A stretch of DNA of 64,000 nucleotides from a virus (Duplodnaviria; Caudoviricetes), in the IMG/VR virus record IMGVR_UViG_637000339_000002; one strand, 5' to 3'. Below, piece by piece: positions 22,291 to 33,114 of the stretch (position 1 is its first letter; each line of letters starts with the position of its first letter). A program made the position numbers and the translations under genes. A model generated the notes under the pieces. The model was not told where the DNA came from, made no database searches, and worked only from the letters and a program-made list of their open reading frames with translations.

Positions 22291-22657
22291 TGTACCTTCC
22301 TCGCTGCTTTATGCCATAAGATAAATTCATTAATCTCCATATCAAGTATTTGTTCAACCCCGCCTCCTACAACAGAGCTGAACATTAATACTTCTAATCT
22401 CAAGTTTTTTGGATAATCGGTGAAAAAAAATCCTTTAATACCTCTTGAATTTTCACATAATCAGCAATATCTAACTCTTCAATTGCTTCTTTTGCAACTG
22501 ATGTCAAATTGGCAGTCAAAGTTACTTCTTTACTAAGGTCACTACCATTTAAGCTTTCAATTGCAAGATAGTCTCTAACTTTTGGACGTCTAACAGTAAG
22601 TTCTGAGACAGAAATTCCATCAACTGTTATTGGGTTATTAAGTGTTATAGCTTGCAT
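22272..22657 (-). CDS. Tail assembly chaperone gpE (22400-22657) with -1 frameshift extension gpE'
   Basis: T8 slippery run at 22423-22430. The -1 frame reads ...EQILDMEINEFILWHKAA... to a stop at 22272. Confidence 0.75.
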
Positions 22658-22740
22658 GTTCCTCCTTAAAAAGTTAATTAAATAAAAGTCTATATCGGCT
22701 TTTACATAACTAATTTCTTTGTATGGTGCTATAAATAGGA

Positions 22741-23014
22741 TTAGCTTTGATAAGAATCTTTTCTGTGTTCAATTGAAGTAATAACTACTGTATGTTCTGG
22801 TACATCTATATAATAAAGTATACCTCACCCGTAGACTACGTTGTCCACTTAAGTTATGCTTTAATGGCTTTCCAAGTCCAATTGGATCAACTGTTAGACG
22901 CTCCATTATTGCCTTCTTAATCATTAACTTTACTTTTGCTGGAAGAGCCGGAATGTCTTTCTTTATAACAGATTCTGAATAGTCTATATTGTAAGGCTTA
23001 ATCCCAGAAGGCAT
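22741..23014 (-). pseudogene. RelE/ParE-family toxin, frameshifted
   Basis: KDIPALP...GKPLKHNLSGQRSLRV, then a frame change to ILYYIDVPEHTVVITSIEHRKDSY. Confidence 0.75.
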
Positions 23015-23198
23015 CTTGATGTTTAACCCTCTTTTCTTTATAGCGTTCGTCAGCAATCTTAGATAATTCCATATCTTCAATTTCTTCTTCCATTAATTCA
23101 GTTAATAACTTTAAAACGGACTTGTCTTGAGATTGTGCTACACTAACAAGTAAACCAGTTAGCTGCTCTATGGAATTTGTATGAGCTTTAGAATCCAT
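22998..23198 (-). CDS. Antitoxin (RelB-like) of the tail-region TA moron
   Basis: Small acidic ORF overlapping the toxin; EEEIEDMEL...VKHQDAFW tail. Confidence 0.7.
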   Translation of the reverse strand: MDSKAHTNSIEQLTGLLVSVAQSQDKSVLKLLTELMEEEIEDMELSKIADERYKEKRVKHQDAFWD

Positions 23199-23225
23199 AT
23201 TAACTATATACCTACAACTTCTTAT

Positions 23226-23254
23226 ATTTTAACATTTTTATGTAATTTTGTCAA
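23226..23254 (-). promoter_or_regulatory. Sigma70 promoter of TA moron 1
   Basis: TTGACA-17 nt-TAAAAT. Confidence 0.7.
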
Positions 23255-23259
23255 CCATA

Positions 23260-23757
23260 TTAGATCCCTAGAATCGTTTGTAGCAAGGCCATTTGATCAA
23301 CGCCATTTATCTTTCTAATCATATTTTCAGCATCGATCTCTATTAATTCATTACCACCTATAGTAAGTTTATAATAATGGGCAGCTACAGTACACTTCAG
23401 CGTTGCTTTCTCAGCAGGTTTCCAGTTGCCAAAGTCAAACTCTTTAAAAATGCCTCTTAAATTGATTATTACTGCTTCAATATCATTACCTTGCATTCCT
23501 CCACGGAGCGTTAAAGATACTGAGTTTCCATCTATCAAGCCAAAAAGTCTAAATAGTTCTGAATCATACTCAGCAAAAGTAAAGTCTGCTTCAAGCTTTT
23601 CCATGCCCATGTCAATATTTATTGGAATATCCATACCACCAGCTCTGTACTCTTCGGTTTTTATGGTAAGCTTCGGCAAGGTTATTTCATCTATTTTTCC
23701 TGCATAACCACGACCATCTACAAATACGTTAAAATTTCTCAGTATTTTGGGTAACAC
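23260..23757 (-). CDS. Major tail tube protein (P2 FII-like)
   Basis: LPKLTIKTEEYRAGGMD...INGVDQ. Confidence 0.92.
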   Translation of the reverse strand: MLPKILRNFNVFVDGRGYAGKIDEITLPKLTIKTEEYRAGGMDIPINIDMGMEKLEADFTFAEYDSELFRLFGLIDGNSVSLTLRGGMQGNDIEAVIINLRGIFKEFDFGNWKPAEKATLKCTVAAHYYKLTIGGNELIEIDAENMIRKINGVDQMALLQTILGI

Positions 23758-23768
23758 TTCGCTTTCTC

Positions 23769-24955
23769 CTAACTTATTACACTATTATTTACAAGATGGG
23801 ATCTGAATATTATTTGCTCAGCTGGATATGGCGGTGTAAACTCAAAATCAAAAGACACTTTTCCGCTTGCAATATTTGCCGGTGTATTGAGTTCGGGAGT
23901 TGCATAACATTTTCCACTGATAATTGCTCCTTGCGCTTTTAAACTTGCAAGGTAAGAATTCACCCCCTCAATCACATCATCTATATAAGTTTTGGTGATA
24001 TTGCGATCAACTGCCCAGAGATGAGCTCGAAGTAAACTATCGTTAATTAAATCTGCAGTGCGCCTTACTGATAGAAAAGCCCATTTTGAGTCATTTGAAC
24101 ATGTTCTATTTCCCCAAAGCCTATAGCTGTTTTGATGAATTATCGTTGTTACTTCATTTTCATTTAAGTGGTTTGCTCTGCAATTTGCATAACCTAAGCT
24201 AAAATCAATAGGCCTGCTTGTTCCAACAATACCATTTATCTCTTTATTTGAAGGTGAGTGCCAAAATCCTTGTTCGCTATCTACTTTTGCTATTAAACCA
24301 GCTACAAATGTGCTTGCTGGCAAGGTTCCTTCTTTTCCTTCAATAAATACCTTAACCCATGGATCAACAACGTAAACTCTTGAGCTGCCTACACTTTTTC
24401 TCCATTTTATTGCTTCTTCATCATTAGTATTTGGTCCGTCTGCAACAATAATTGCTCTTAATTTTTCTGCTATGGAAATTAAAGCACTCACTACTGAATT
24501 TACTCCATCTATTTCAGGTAACTGATGAGTAAACTGAGGTGCAATTAATATTCTTGGAGCAACATGAACTATACTTTCACTACTGAGGAATGCCTCTATC
24601 CCTTGATATTCTCCAGTCTCTTTATCAACTCCACCGATTATACTTTGAATAGTTCACTTTCTTTGAGCTTTGGATCGCTGTTTTCACTTTCTTTAACTCG
24701 AATAACTACTACTGTTGCACCAATCTGGGAAAATATTCCATTTATTGCAGAAGGTAAACTGCCACTCTTTCCGAGCTTTGCTGCTTCCTTTAAGCTTCCT
24801 GCAACTAACACTGGTTTATTTAGCGGAAATTTTTGCTCATCTGCTTCAGGTGCAGTACCAATTACACCTATCACTGATGATTTAGCTGTACGTACTGTCT
24901 TTGCTCCTGAGGTTACCTCAATAACATTTACGCCATGTAAAAATTCTTCAGCCAT
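23769..24955 (-). pseudogene. Tail sheath protein (P2 FI-like), frameshifted near 24650
   Basis: EEFLHGVNVIEV N-terminus. A one-base loss explains the break before IIGGVD; the rest carries GFWHSPSNK and RLWGNRT. Confidence 0.85.
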
Positions 24956-25499
24956 TTCTTTGTATTTTTTTCCTGAAATCATCTAGCAAAGTCTGTAGCT
25001 CATTTTCACTTTTGGCTTCTTCAATCTTTCTTTTGGCTAAATCTTCAAGCTCTTCACATTTAATTATTGCTTTTACTGCTTTTTTCACTTTTTCCTCAAT
25101 TATTCTTGCCATTTCAATAACCGTAATACCACGGACTTTTGCTAAAGGTTCTATAATTTCTTTATCCTTTTCATCCTGGTCTGCTAGAATGCTTTTTGCG
25201 GCTTCCGCTTGAATCTCATAAGATTTAGCTTTTTGGTGAGAATGACCTGCATATTGGTGAGTATGATTATCATAATAGAAACGCATACTATCAAATGCAC
25301 AAAGCTTCGCATTATCCAGTAACTCCTTTTGTATATCTTCTTTAGTACGCTGAGCAATTTTTCCTCCTTCTGTTAAACAATAGCTTTTTTGCCAATCAAA
25401 ATCTTCTGGTGCTTCATACCAATCATTTTCAGTTGGCTTGCTTTCAAGTGTTGTTGTTTCTACTTGTTTATCATTTTCAAATCTAATGTAGATAGACAT
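24948..25499 (-). CDS. Hypothetical tail-associated protein (possible fibre assembly)
   Basis: Intact ORF in the tail operon. Confidence 0.6.
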   Translation of the reverse strand: MSIYIRFENDKQVETTTLESKPTENDWYEAPEDFDWQKSYCLTEGGKIAQRTKEDIQKELLDNAKLCAFDSMRFYYDNHTHQYAGHSHQKAKSYEIQAEAAKSILADQDEKDKEIIEPLAKVRGITVIEMARIIEEKVKKAVKAIIKCEELEDLAKRKIEEAKSENELQTLLDDFRKKIQRNG

Positions 25500-25505
25500 T
25501 GTTTG

Positions 25506-26942
25506 TTACCTCCAAATCTCATACGTGTTAGATAATCCTGGACATTGCCAACCCCTGAGCGTCCTTTCCACATCTACCTCAAGCCCTGTGGTGAGAAAAT
25601 TGCTACGTATGTTATAAATCCCCCACTGAATAAATTGACCATAGTTGTGTACATAATTTGATGCAAGCATACCTTGACTAACTTGTGTTCTGGAATACAG
25701 ATAAGATGATGTGTAAAGTAATATTGCAACTGTTTTTCCTGCTGGAATCTCCACATTACCAGATCCGGCTAACTTGCTATCAGAACTCGTGTATTGGTAA
25801 ACATTTTTCCATACTATTTTTGAAATACTTGATTTATTAGAATTAGTGTTATCAGGAGTTCCCACAAATAATCCTGCTCCCCCATACTCCGTACTCGAAT
25901 ACGATGATCCAACAAATTCCATTGTCTTATTTATGTTCACATTGGTTGTATTTTTTACAAATACTACTCCAAGTGCAGCATACGGGTAATAGTATATCTC
26001 ATCATAACTACCCGAAAAACTTTTTGTGCATAACTCTCCGTAAATAAATGTTCCTTTACTTCCCTCTATAAAACTTAGTTGTCTTGGCCGATAAAAACTA
26101 ACGTAATCTGTATTGTACGTATGGCTACCTGCTAGTAGTTGTAACATATAGTCAGTTTTTGTTATATCACTACTCCACTTTCCAAGCTCTGTCGTAAAAG
26201 TTCCGTGGCCAAAATAATTATTTTTTCTGCCAAGTACACCAAATAAGAAAGGTAATGACCCTGGTTCAACCATGTTGCGCTTTCTTATTTCATTTATAAG
26301 AGACGCTTTTAACTGTTCATCCCGAGTTTTTACCTCATTCAGGATGTTTTCAATTCGAGTTTCTATTTCCCTAATAATTGATGAGCCACTTGGCACATCA
26401 TTAACAGTACGGAAGTTATTCACTAAACCTTTAAGACCATCTTTATGACTGTTACTAATGCTATTTATTGCTGCAATATTGGCATTCTTTCTCGTATCAA
26501 GTAGCGATAAATTTGTTGTTCCTTTTTCATCAATTCTCTTTAATAACTGCTTCTCTGATTCAGAGATCACTGCTAAAGAACTAGCTTTTTTATTATCCAG
26601 ATCAGTTAAGTGTTTTTTTGCACTATCAAGAAGTTCTTTTAGCTTACCATCTGTCATCTGTACAATTTCAGAAACTGCACTTTTGTCGATTATTGATTCC
26701 AATGCTTTAGCAAGATATGCTAATTGATCTGGTGTACTGTTTTCTGCTAAATCCTTAAGCCTCTTTTGTAGTGCATCAATTATTTCTTTTACTTTAGTCA
26801 TTTGCGCAATATCAGAAATAGCTTTTTTATCTGCTATCAATTCCAGCGATTTTGCAAGATATGCCAGTTGATCAGGTGTGCTACTTACTGCTAAATCCTT
26901 TATCCTTTGATGTAACGCTTCTATTGCTTCTTTCATTCCCAA
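25506..26942 (-). CDS. Putative tail fibre / receptor-binding protein
   Basis: Duplicated N-terminal STPDQLAYLAK unit, coiled coil, and aromatic beta-rich C-terminus. Confidence 0.55.
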   Translation of the reverse strand: MGMKEAIEALHQRIKDLAVSSTPDQLAYLAKSLELIADKKAISDIAQMTKVKEIIDALQKRLKDLAENSTPDQLAYLAKALESIIDKSAVSEIVQMTDGKLKELLDSAKKHLTDLDNKKASSLAVISESEKQLLKRIDEKGTTNLSLLDTRKNANIAAINSISNSHKDGLKGLVNNFRTVNDVPSGSSIIREIETRIENILNEVKTRDEQLKASLINEIRKRNMVEPGSLPFLFGVLGRKNNYFGHGTFTTELGKWSSDITKTDYMLQLLAGSHTYNTDYVSFYRPRQLSFIEGSKGTFIYGELCTKSFSGSYDEIYYYPYAALGVVFVKNTTNVNINKTMEFVGSSYSSTEYGGAGLFVGTPDNTNSNKSSISKIVWKNVYQYTSSDSKLAGSGNVEIPAGKTVAILLYTSSYLYSRTQVSQGMLASNYVHNYGQFIQWGIYNIRSNFLTTGLEVDVERTLRGWQCPGLSNTYEIWR

Positions 26943-27127
26943 AAATTCAAAAAAGTTTCAAATCTAAATCGTTCAAAATTACTTTTAAGTTGATTATGTT
27001 TATTTTCTCTATTACTCATATCCTCATCTACTTTTTCTATAGCTCTGCGAATACGTACTACATCTTCCACTGCAATATTCTCTGGGTGTGGCAAAGGATA
27101 TCCGCGCCTCGTTTCATCATTTGGCAT
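26933..27127 (-). CDS. Small tail-associated hypothetical protein
   Basis: YPLPHPENIAVEDVVRIR motif; translationally coupled to its neighbour. Confidence 0.6.
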   Translation of the reverse strand: MPNDETRRGYPLPHPENIAVEDVVRIRRAIEKVDEDMSNRENKHNQLKSNFERFRFETFLNFWE

Positions 27128-27131
27128 TTTC

Positions 27132-28310
27132 TTACGTTATAACAACCCGCAAGTTTTTTACCTTTGGCCGATAAATAACCGTTCCACTTAAAACCAATTT
27201 TACCCTTGTTTCATTGCTATTAAAGTTTGTTAGTACATGAGTTCTCTCCACCCAATTTTCCCCAATAGGTTTTCCTGATGTTAAATTTACTAATTGCCAT
27301 CCTTTGACGCTTTGTTCCACATATGCTTTAACATCTGCAGTGCCAGGTATTAGCGCATCATAGGTAATTGTTATCTTAGTGTTAGCTCCTGCTGTAATGC
27401 TCCTTGTAACATAATCTCCGGACTCTGAAAGATTACCTAGAACTAGCTGTAACCCAGGATAGAGGACAGGACTTTTTTCTTTTGCACCTTTTAAATTTGC
27501 CTTTACTGTTAACTCTCCAGATAGTCTTTCACGCAGCGCGAGCGGCAAATTATCAGACAAAAAGTTTTCTTTCCCTTCTTCATCTGTTAAGATAAATTCT
27601 ACATTGGTATCAAATGCTACTTTTTCAACATTTGTTAAAACTATTAAATCTGATACGTTGTTTGCAGTGACTTTACCAAGATCAATAACATGAGAATTTT
27701 CACTAAATTTTGCAGCTAGTAGTCGAAACGTTAAATCTAAATTTTGATGCGGAGTCCAGGTACTTGCATTACTTGATGATAGTAATACTCCTACTTGATA
27801 TGGCTGACTCGTTACCCAGCGGCTATTTACTACATCATATTCGCCAAGCTCTGCTATTTTTACTGCTGTATCTGCATCATCGGTTAGCAAAACTATTGCA
27901 TATTCTCTGCTAGATTCACACCAGACAGGAGACCAAGTTATACGTGTTGCTGTGCCATCTATCTTTATATCTTTTGGCTCAATATAGCTTTCAGCAATGA
28001 CAGTCTGCGAGGGCATTCCCACTGCTGTTTCTCTAATCTGAACAACAACACGTTTTTTGCCTTTATTTACAAACCATAGCTCCACGCCTCCTATGTGTCT
28101 GCTCTCATTTAGCGTAAATGTTTGGGCTAAAGGATCAACTCGTCTTGCTGCGATCACTCTTCTTCTTTCTTCTATGGTAATAGTTTTTTTACCAGTATAA
28201 GTTGCCTCTCCATAGCTTCCTTTATCCCCATAAAACTGTACTAATTTAGTACCTGCTGGAATGTTTGCTGGGATTTTTATCTTTCCACTTATTCGTCCTT
28301 GATTTTCCAC
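27132..28310 (-). CDS. Structural protein (C-terminal partner of DUF4815)
   Basis: DPLAQTF, GVLLSSSNASTW. Confidence 0.7.
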   Translation of the reverse strand: MENQGRISGKIKIPANIPAGTKLVQFYGDKGSYGEATYTGKKTITIEERRRVIAARRVDPLAQTFTLNESRHIGGVELWFVNKGKKRVVVQIRETAVGMPSQTVIAESYIEPKDIKIDGTATRITWSPVWCESSREYAIVLLTDDADTAVKIAELGEYDVVNSRWVTSQPYQVGVLLSSSNASTWTPHQNLDLTFRLLAAKFSENSHVIDLGKVTANNVSDLIVLTNVEKVAFDTNVEFILTDEEGKENFLSDNLPLALRERLSGELTVKANLKGAKEKSPVLYPGLQLVLGNLSESGDYVTRSITAGANTKITITYDALIPGTADVKAYVEQSVKGWQLVNLTSGKPIGENWVERTHVLTNFNSNETRVKLVLSGTVIYRPKVKNLRVVIT

Positions 28311-28319
28311 TTTTTTCCT

Positions 28320-30248
28320 CTATGGTATGGGTTGAATGCTTAGGCCATCAAATTTTACTTCCTTAAGCTTTTCACCAGTTGCAAAACCTTCAATCTCAAA
28401 ATTTTGAGTTGCTTCTCGCATAAATTCAGTTTCGTATGAGGTACTTGACAGCAGCTCTGTTGTTTCTTTAACATTAAACACTCTGGTTACTGGACTTTTC
28501 CAATTCGTAGTAACCTCCGTCCAGTGATCTATATTTTTGTTCATGGTAACTTTTGCCGGGACTGGGTCAAAAGCTTGATATGGATTGATCTTTTCTCCTT
28601 TGGTCTGTAAAAGCTGCTCCAGTACCGGTTCAAGTTCATATGGCAACAAATAAGTTTTTTCTCCTCCATCAATATCAGCAATCGTTACATCTATTGGTAA
28701 AATTAGTTCCTTATTTACTATTGCTGCAGACTGCAAAATTCCTTGATCGCGCATATCATCATCAAAGAATGAATCAACAAATACTCCTTTTTTGGTGGTA
28801 GGTTCTCTTGAATTTGCATCATTGCGTAGACGTTCCTCTGCAACCAGCGCATAAAGATCATTTATTCCTTTTTTCATTGCTTCAAGCTCATTCATCGGTA
28901 CAGCATGAATAGCATTATTCACTATTTTTACCCCTTCGCCTTTTTTCCACGTCTGATGAATGTAGCAGAGCAAAAGTTGTCCACTAGGCGCTCTAGGCAT
29001 TGATGGTCGCCAAGGGTGAGAAATTCCTTTTATTCTTCTTACCACTCCTTTGCTATCGATAGTAATTAAATCATAGCGGGGCATTTTCCAGGTGTAATCA
29101 ATCAGAACCAAGCTGTTATCAACTGCTCCTTTTACTTTGCATCCCTGTTCACTTATATCTTCAGGGCTTACATGAGTACGACAGCGGTAGGTTATTTGAT
29201 AACTACTTCCAGGAGCTGGTTCTTTACCTGGTAATGACCAATCAACGTTTCCTGCGTTTAATTTGTAATCTATACTATTTTCATAAATAACATTGCCTTG
29301 TTTAACTTGAATAATCTCAAGTACTGCAGAGTCAGGTATCGGATCAATAGCTCCAGAGTATGAACCATGAGTAACAGTAATGGTTTTCTGAACAGTTATA
29401 TCTACTTTTTTAATTTCACTTATTGGAAAATCATTAACCTTCAGTTCCATTACTCTTTGGCTATTTGGCTGAAAAGTATGTGGTTCTGATTCAACTGATT
29501 TTATATCCGGATCTTCATCAAAAGAAACACGAATACTGTGAGGAAGTTCAATCTCATAGCCATCAACATGAGCTTTGCCCTCATTAATCACAAATATTTT
29601 TTTTCCTCCTTCTCCCTCTTCCTTTTGCAGGAACATTACTTCAAGACCATTTACGACGTAGGAACCATTTGCTTCTTTGTCATAACGAGCAAGAGCAGTA
29701 GTTACTATGTTTGCTTGTGGAGGTGGTGAATGTTCTATTAATACTCCATTTTCAATTTTATAGATTGGATAAAACTCTCCTTCAGAAAAACGTGGAGAAA
29801 GACCTTCTGCTTGATAACCCCAAATGGTGGAAACTTTAAGCCTTGCAGCTCCTACTTCCTGATAATTTCTTGTACCAATAGCAGGATCACGAAGGTTTTC
29901 ATCCTCAAGTTCTGTAATCGTAGATTCTACATAATAAACACCTATGCGAACTGTGGTACTCAGTGGAATAACAAATTCTTCTTTTTCAACTTTTCTAACT
30001 GCACCGCGCAGATAGATTTTTCCTCCCTCAAGTGTAACTTTACCAGTTTCTCTATCTATAATACAATTGCTTCCTGTTATAACATCACCATCACGAAATA
30101 TTGCATCGCCTATGCCTTTAATCTTAGAGAGAGCATACTCCTGAGTCTCGTTTAGTTCTGCAGACTGTAGACCTCTTCCTGCTAGAAACAAGCTTTTTTC
30201 GTATTCTTTGTCAGGATTAAAGCGGTTATAATAGGCGTTTAAAGTCAT
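28320..30248 (-). CDS. DUF4815-domain baseplate/tail protein
   Basis: YYNRFNPDK...GRGLQSAELNE...GAARLK. Confidence 0.8.
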   Translation of the reverse strand: MTLNAYYNRFNPDKEYEKSLFLAGRGLQSAELNETQEYALSKIKGIGDAIFRDGDVITGSNCIIDRETGKVTLEGGKIYLRGAVRKVEKEEFVIPLSTTVRIGVYYVESTITELEDENLRDPAIGTRNYQEVGAARLKVSTIWGYQAEGLSPRFSEGEFYPIYKIENGVLIEHSPPPQANIVTTALARYDKEANGSYVVNGLEVMFLQKEEGEGGKKIFVINEGKAHVDGYEIELPHSIRVSFDEDPDIKSVESEPHTFQPNSQRVMELKVNDFPISEIKKVDITVQKTITVTHGSYSGAIDPIPDSAVLEIIQVKQGNVIYENSIDYKLNAGNVDWSLPGKEPAPGSSYQITYRCRTHVSPEDISEQGCKVKGAVDNSLVLIDYTWKMPRYDLITIDSKGVVRRIKGISHPWRPSMPRAPSGQLLLCYIHQTWKKGEGVKIVNNAIHAVPMNELEAMKKGINDLYALVAEERLRNDANSREPTTKKGVFVDSFFDDDMRDQGILQSAAIVNKELILPIDVTIADIDGGEKTYLLPYELEPVLEQLLQTKGEKINPYQAFDPVPAKVTMNKNIDHWTEVTTNWKSPVTRVFNVKETTELLSSTSYETEFMREATQNFEIEGFATGEKLKEVKFDGLSIQPIP

Positions 30249-30264
30249 TTAATGCTAGAAAAAT

Positions 30265-30966
30265 TCAAAAAGTTACAACAAATGAAAAAGTTTCCCGAGT
30301 TGCAGCAGTTCTGATAAGTGGTACGGTATGTTCCAAAATCAATAAAATCCCATGTTCTTCTACATCTTGAGGTTCAAAATATCTCTGTCCTTCAGGTAAT
30401 TCTTCTTTTATTTTAGTACCAACCATAACCCCTAGCTCTCTGATTACTTGATTTGCTGCATCCGTGAAATCGAAAGTAAATTTGAGATAGAGATTATTAG
30501 TTGGTACATTTGAGGGCCTAAACCTTCCAGATGGAGTTATAAGTTCACCGTTTTCATCACCTGTGCAGAATAGCACTTCGTCTGCAGTACGTCTGCCAAG
30601 TTCATTGAGCAGTTTTTCAGAAGTTATCAGCTCTGGTGGTGTGCTTTCACTATACTCTACAGTAACTTTATCACTTACTGGAATAGAGCTATTTTCCGTA
30701 AGTTTTATTACACCAGTACTGCCATTAACTGTATAGTCAATACTTGGCTGATAAGTTGTTTGCCCTGTAAAAACCTTCACATCTTTAATAGGTTGACGAT
30801 CAAAAATAGGTTGATGATCAAATTTTATTTCACCCTTAACGAAAGTTTTTTCTACTTTGTGGCTACTTTCCCAACTTGAATCACCTGTTCCCCAAGCAAG
30901 ATGGATAGATTGCTTTTTGATGCTGGCTGCTATTGCTGCTCTTCCTGACTGTGTGAGTATTGACAT
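30265..30966 (-). CDS. Phage structural protein, first gene of the tail operon
   Basis: SGRAAIAA...HLAWGTG...IRELGV. Confidence 0.7.
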   Translation of the reverse strand: MSILTQSGRAAIAASIKKQSIHLAWGTGDSSWESSHKVEKTFVKGEIKFDHQPIFDRQPIKDVKVFTGQTTYQPSIDYTVNGSTGVIKLTENSSIPVSDKVTVEYSESTPPELITSEKLLNELGRRTADEVLFCTGDENGELITPSGRFRPSNVPTNNLYLKFTFDFTDAANQVIRELGVMVGTKIKEELPEGQRYFEPQDVEEHGILLILEHTVPLIRTAATRETFSFVVTF

Positions 30967-30979
30967 TTTCCCCCTATAT

Positions 30980-31014
30980 TATATATGTACGGTGAGTTCA
31001 AAATTCGTCCGCAA
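30980..31014 (-). promoter_or_regulatory. Conserved phage motif copy 1 (upstream of the tail operon)
   Basis: TTGCGGACGAATTTTGAACTCACCGTACATATATA, ending 13 nt before the ATG. Confidence 0.7.
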
Positions 31015-31048
31015 AAATCAAAATATTTTTTTATATCAGAAAAATTTT

Positions 31049-33097
31049 TTAGGAGAATAGCTCAGCTCCACAGCTAAACTTTCCAACGCCGCGAGCAAAT
31101 GGTCCGCTAGGAATGTCAAGCCATTTATCTTCTTTTGAACCAGTAGCCATTCCCTTAACCAGCTTCCGTGTTTGTAACAGCTCTTGAACTATACGCTCCA
31201 TTCTATCTCTTCCTATACTGTGAAACTCCTCAGGTAGTCTATGCCGCTGTTTATACACTCCTGTACTTCCTGTATGGGTAAATGGATGTCCAGAAATTGC
31301 TGCTCGTGTAATTGCAGTTATAAGATGCTGCTTTGAATCTTTTTCGTTCATATTTTTTATTCTTAATCTTTCAGTTATGTCCTCTAACAATCCTGTTTCT
31401 TCATTTCTTAAATAAGTGCGTAAAGTGCGATCAGCCAAACCGTTTGCTTTAACAATTGCTCCATAAAATAATGCGTTCTGTCTTACAGATTCTCCTATTG
31501 ATTTAAAAATTGTCGGTTTAGCTGCATCTTCCACAGACCAAAAAGCGTATGAACACCTAACACCATTAACAAGAGCAGATGTACCTCTAATGGCATCACG
31601 TGCTTGCTCAACAGTCGATATAGGTTTTTCACTTTTTGGCTTTCTCATATGATGAGCAGTAATTATTGATGCTCCAGTGCTACCTGCTAAATCAGATAAT
31701 AAAGAGATCAAATAATCGCCTACGGCTGGGTCAGTATTTAAATCAGCGTGCACAAATGATGCAAGTGGATCAAATACGATTAATTTTAAGTTTTTTATTT
31801 TATTAAGTTGTTTTGTTATCAATTCAAATTCAGGAGAAGTCTCTATAACTTTACCTGAAACACTCTTTATGATTGTAAGTGATCCACTAACATTTGGTAA
31901 TGGTACAATAAAGAGCCTATCCTTATATTTTAATCTCTCGCATTGTGAGTCAAGACGCTCTAAACGACGATGTATTTCACTCATATCATCTTCTGCAGAG
32001 AATATTACAACAGATCCATGTTCAGTAACCAAAGGACCAAAACCACATGGCTGATCTTTTCTACTCGCAACTTTCAGTGCTAAATCAAGCAGAAGCATAC
32101 CTTTACCAGTATCTCCCATTGCAGCTAGAATAGATGTCACTCCTAAAGGAAATAACCCTTCAACAAGAAACTTTTGCTCCGGTACTGGACCTATAAAACG
32201 TTCTACGCTCCATTCTTGAATATTAAGCAATTGCTTAACGATGATTTTTTTCGAGTTATTTTCAATGAATTCAGGAATATTCATCTTTTCTTCTATACCA
32301 TCAGCTGAATCCCATCCCTTTGGTTTATTCTCCGGTATTTCAAGAAGAGTAAGTGATAAAACACCAAGAAAAGTAAGCTTTTTCACAACTTTCTCAGCAT
32401 ATTGTTTACCTGGTTCATCATTGTCTGGCCAAATAATAACATGCTTGCCCTTAAGTGGTGACCAGTCTGTTTTTTCTATTGGTGCATTTGCTCCTAACAT
32501 TGCAGTTGTGGCAGTCATACCTTGCTCTATCAGAGCATCTGCACACTTTTCACCTTCAACTAAAATCACCTTATCAGATTTCACGATACCTGGAATATTA
32601 TATAAAGGCCTGGTCTCTGGTAGAGTAAAACTAGACCTTTTTACATCAAAAGGAAGATATCTTTTTCCTGAATCAGTGTTATAACGATAAACTGTAACAA
32701 TCACTTGATCACTTTCATCGTAATAGTTCCATGATGCCGTTGGTTGCCCCAGAGTGTTATTTTTTTCCGAATAACCAATCCACTTAGCAATATCTTCTAT
32801 CGTATCAGTAAATTGATTTTTTCCAGTAACAGCAGCCCAAAGATCAAAAATATCTCCTCCTTCTCCGGTAGAAAAATCATGCCATAATCCGGCTTTACTG
32901 CCAGTTAACTCCACTATCATACTTTGTCCTTTATTGCCTTGTAGATCACCTACATAGAACTTATCACCACGAAAAGTTCCTCTTGGCAGTAAATAAGAAA
33001 GACATGACCTTATATTTGATAGGAGTTGAGTTCTTAACTGTTCTTTCTTCCCTAATAATTTATAATGTCCATTTCTTTGTGAACAATAAATATCCAT
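31049..33097 (-). CDS. Primase-helicase (RepA-like; TOPRIM plus AAA_25)
   Basis: VEGEKCAD, WPDNDEPG, AMGDTGKG, FDPL, AHHMRK. Confidence 0.88.
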   Translation of the reverse strand: MDIYCSQRNGHYKLLGKKEQLRTQLLSNIRSCLSYLLPRGTFRGDKFYVGDLQGNKGQSMIVELTGSKAGLWHDFSTGEGGDIFDLWAAVTGKNQFTDTIEDIAKWIGYSEKNNTLGQPTASWNYYDESDQVIVTVYRYNTDSGKRYLPFDVKRSSFTLPETRPLYNIPGIVKSDKVILVEGEKCADALIEQGMTATTAMLGANAPIEKTDWSPLKGKHVIIWPDNDEPGKQYAEKVVKKLTFLGVLSLTLLEIPENKPKGWDSADGIEEKMNIPEFIENNSKKIIVKQLLNIQEWSVERFIGPVPEQKFLVEGLFPLGVTSILAAMGDTGKGMLLLDLALKVASRKDQPCGFGPLVTEHGSVVIFSAEDDMSEIHRRLERLDSQCERLKYKDRLFIVPLPNVSGSLTIIKSVSGKVIETSPEFELITKQLNKIKNLKLIVFDPLASFVHADLNTDPAVGDYLISLLSDLAGSTGASIITAHHMRKPKSEKPISTVEQARDAIRGTSALVNGVRCSYAFWSVEDAAKPTIFKSIGESVRQNALFYGAIVKANGLADRTLRTYLRNEETGLLEDITERLRIKNMNEKDSKQHLITAITRAAISGHPFTHTGSTGVYKQRHRLPEEFHSIGRDRMERIVQELLQTRKLVKGMATGSKEDKWLDIPSGPFARGVGKFSCGAELFS

Positions 33098-33114
33098 ACC
33101 TACCTGAAGAATTT

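Noticed and set aside
28311-28322. In-frame TAG between DUF4815 and the next ORF as a nonsense lesion or read-through
   Set aside because: An AGAGG RBS sits properly before the GTG, consistent with two natural genes.
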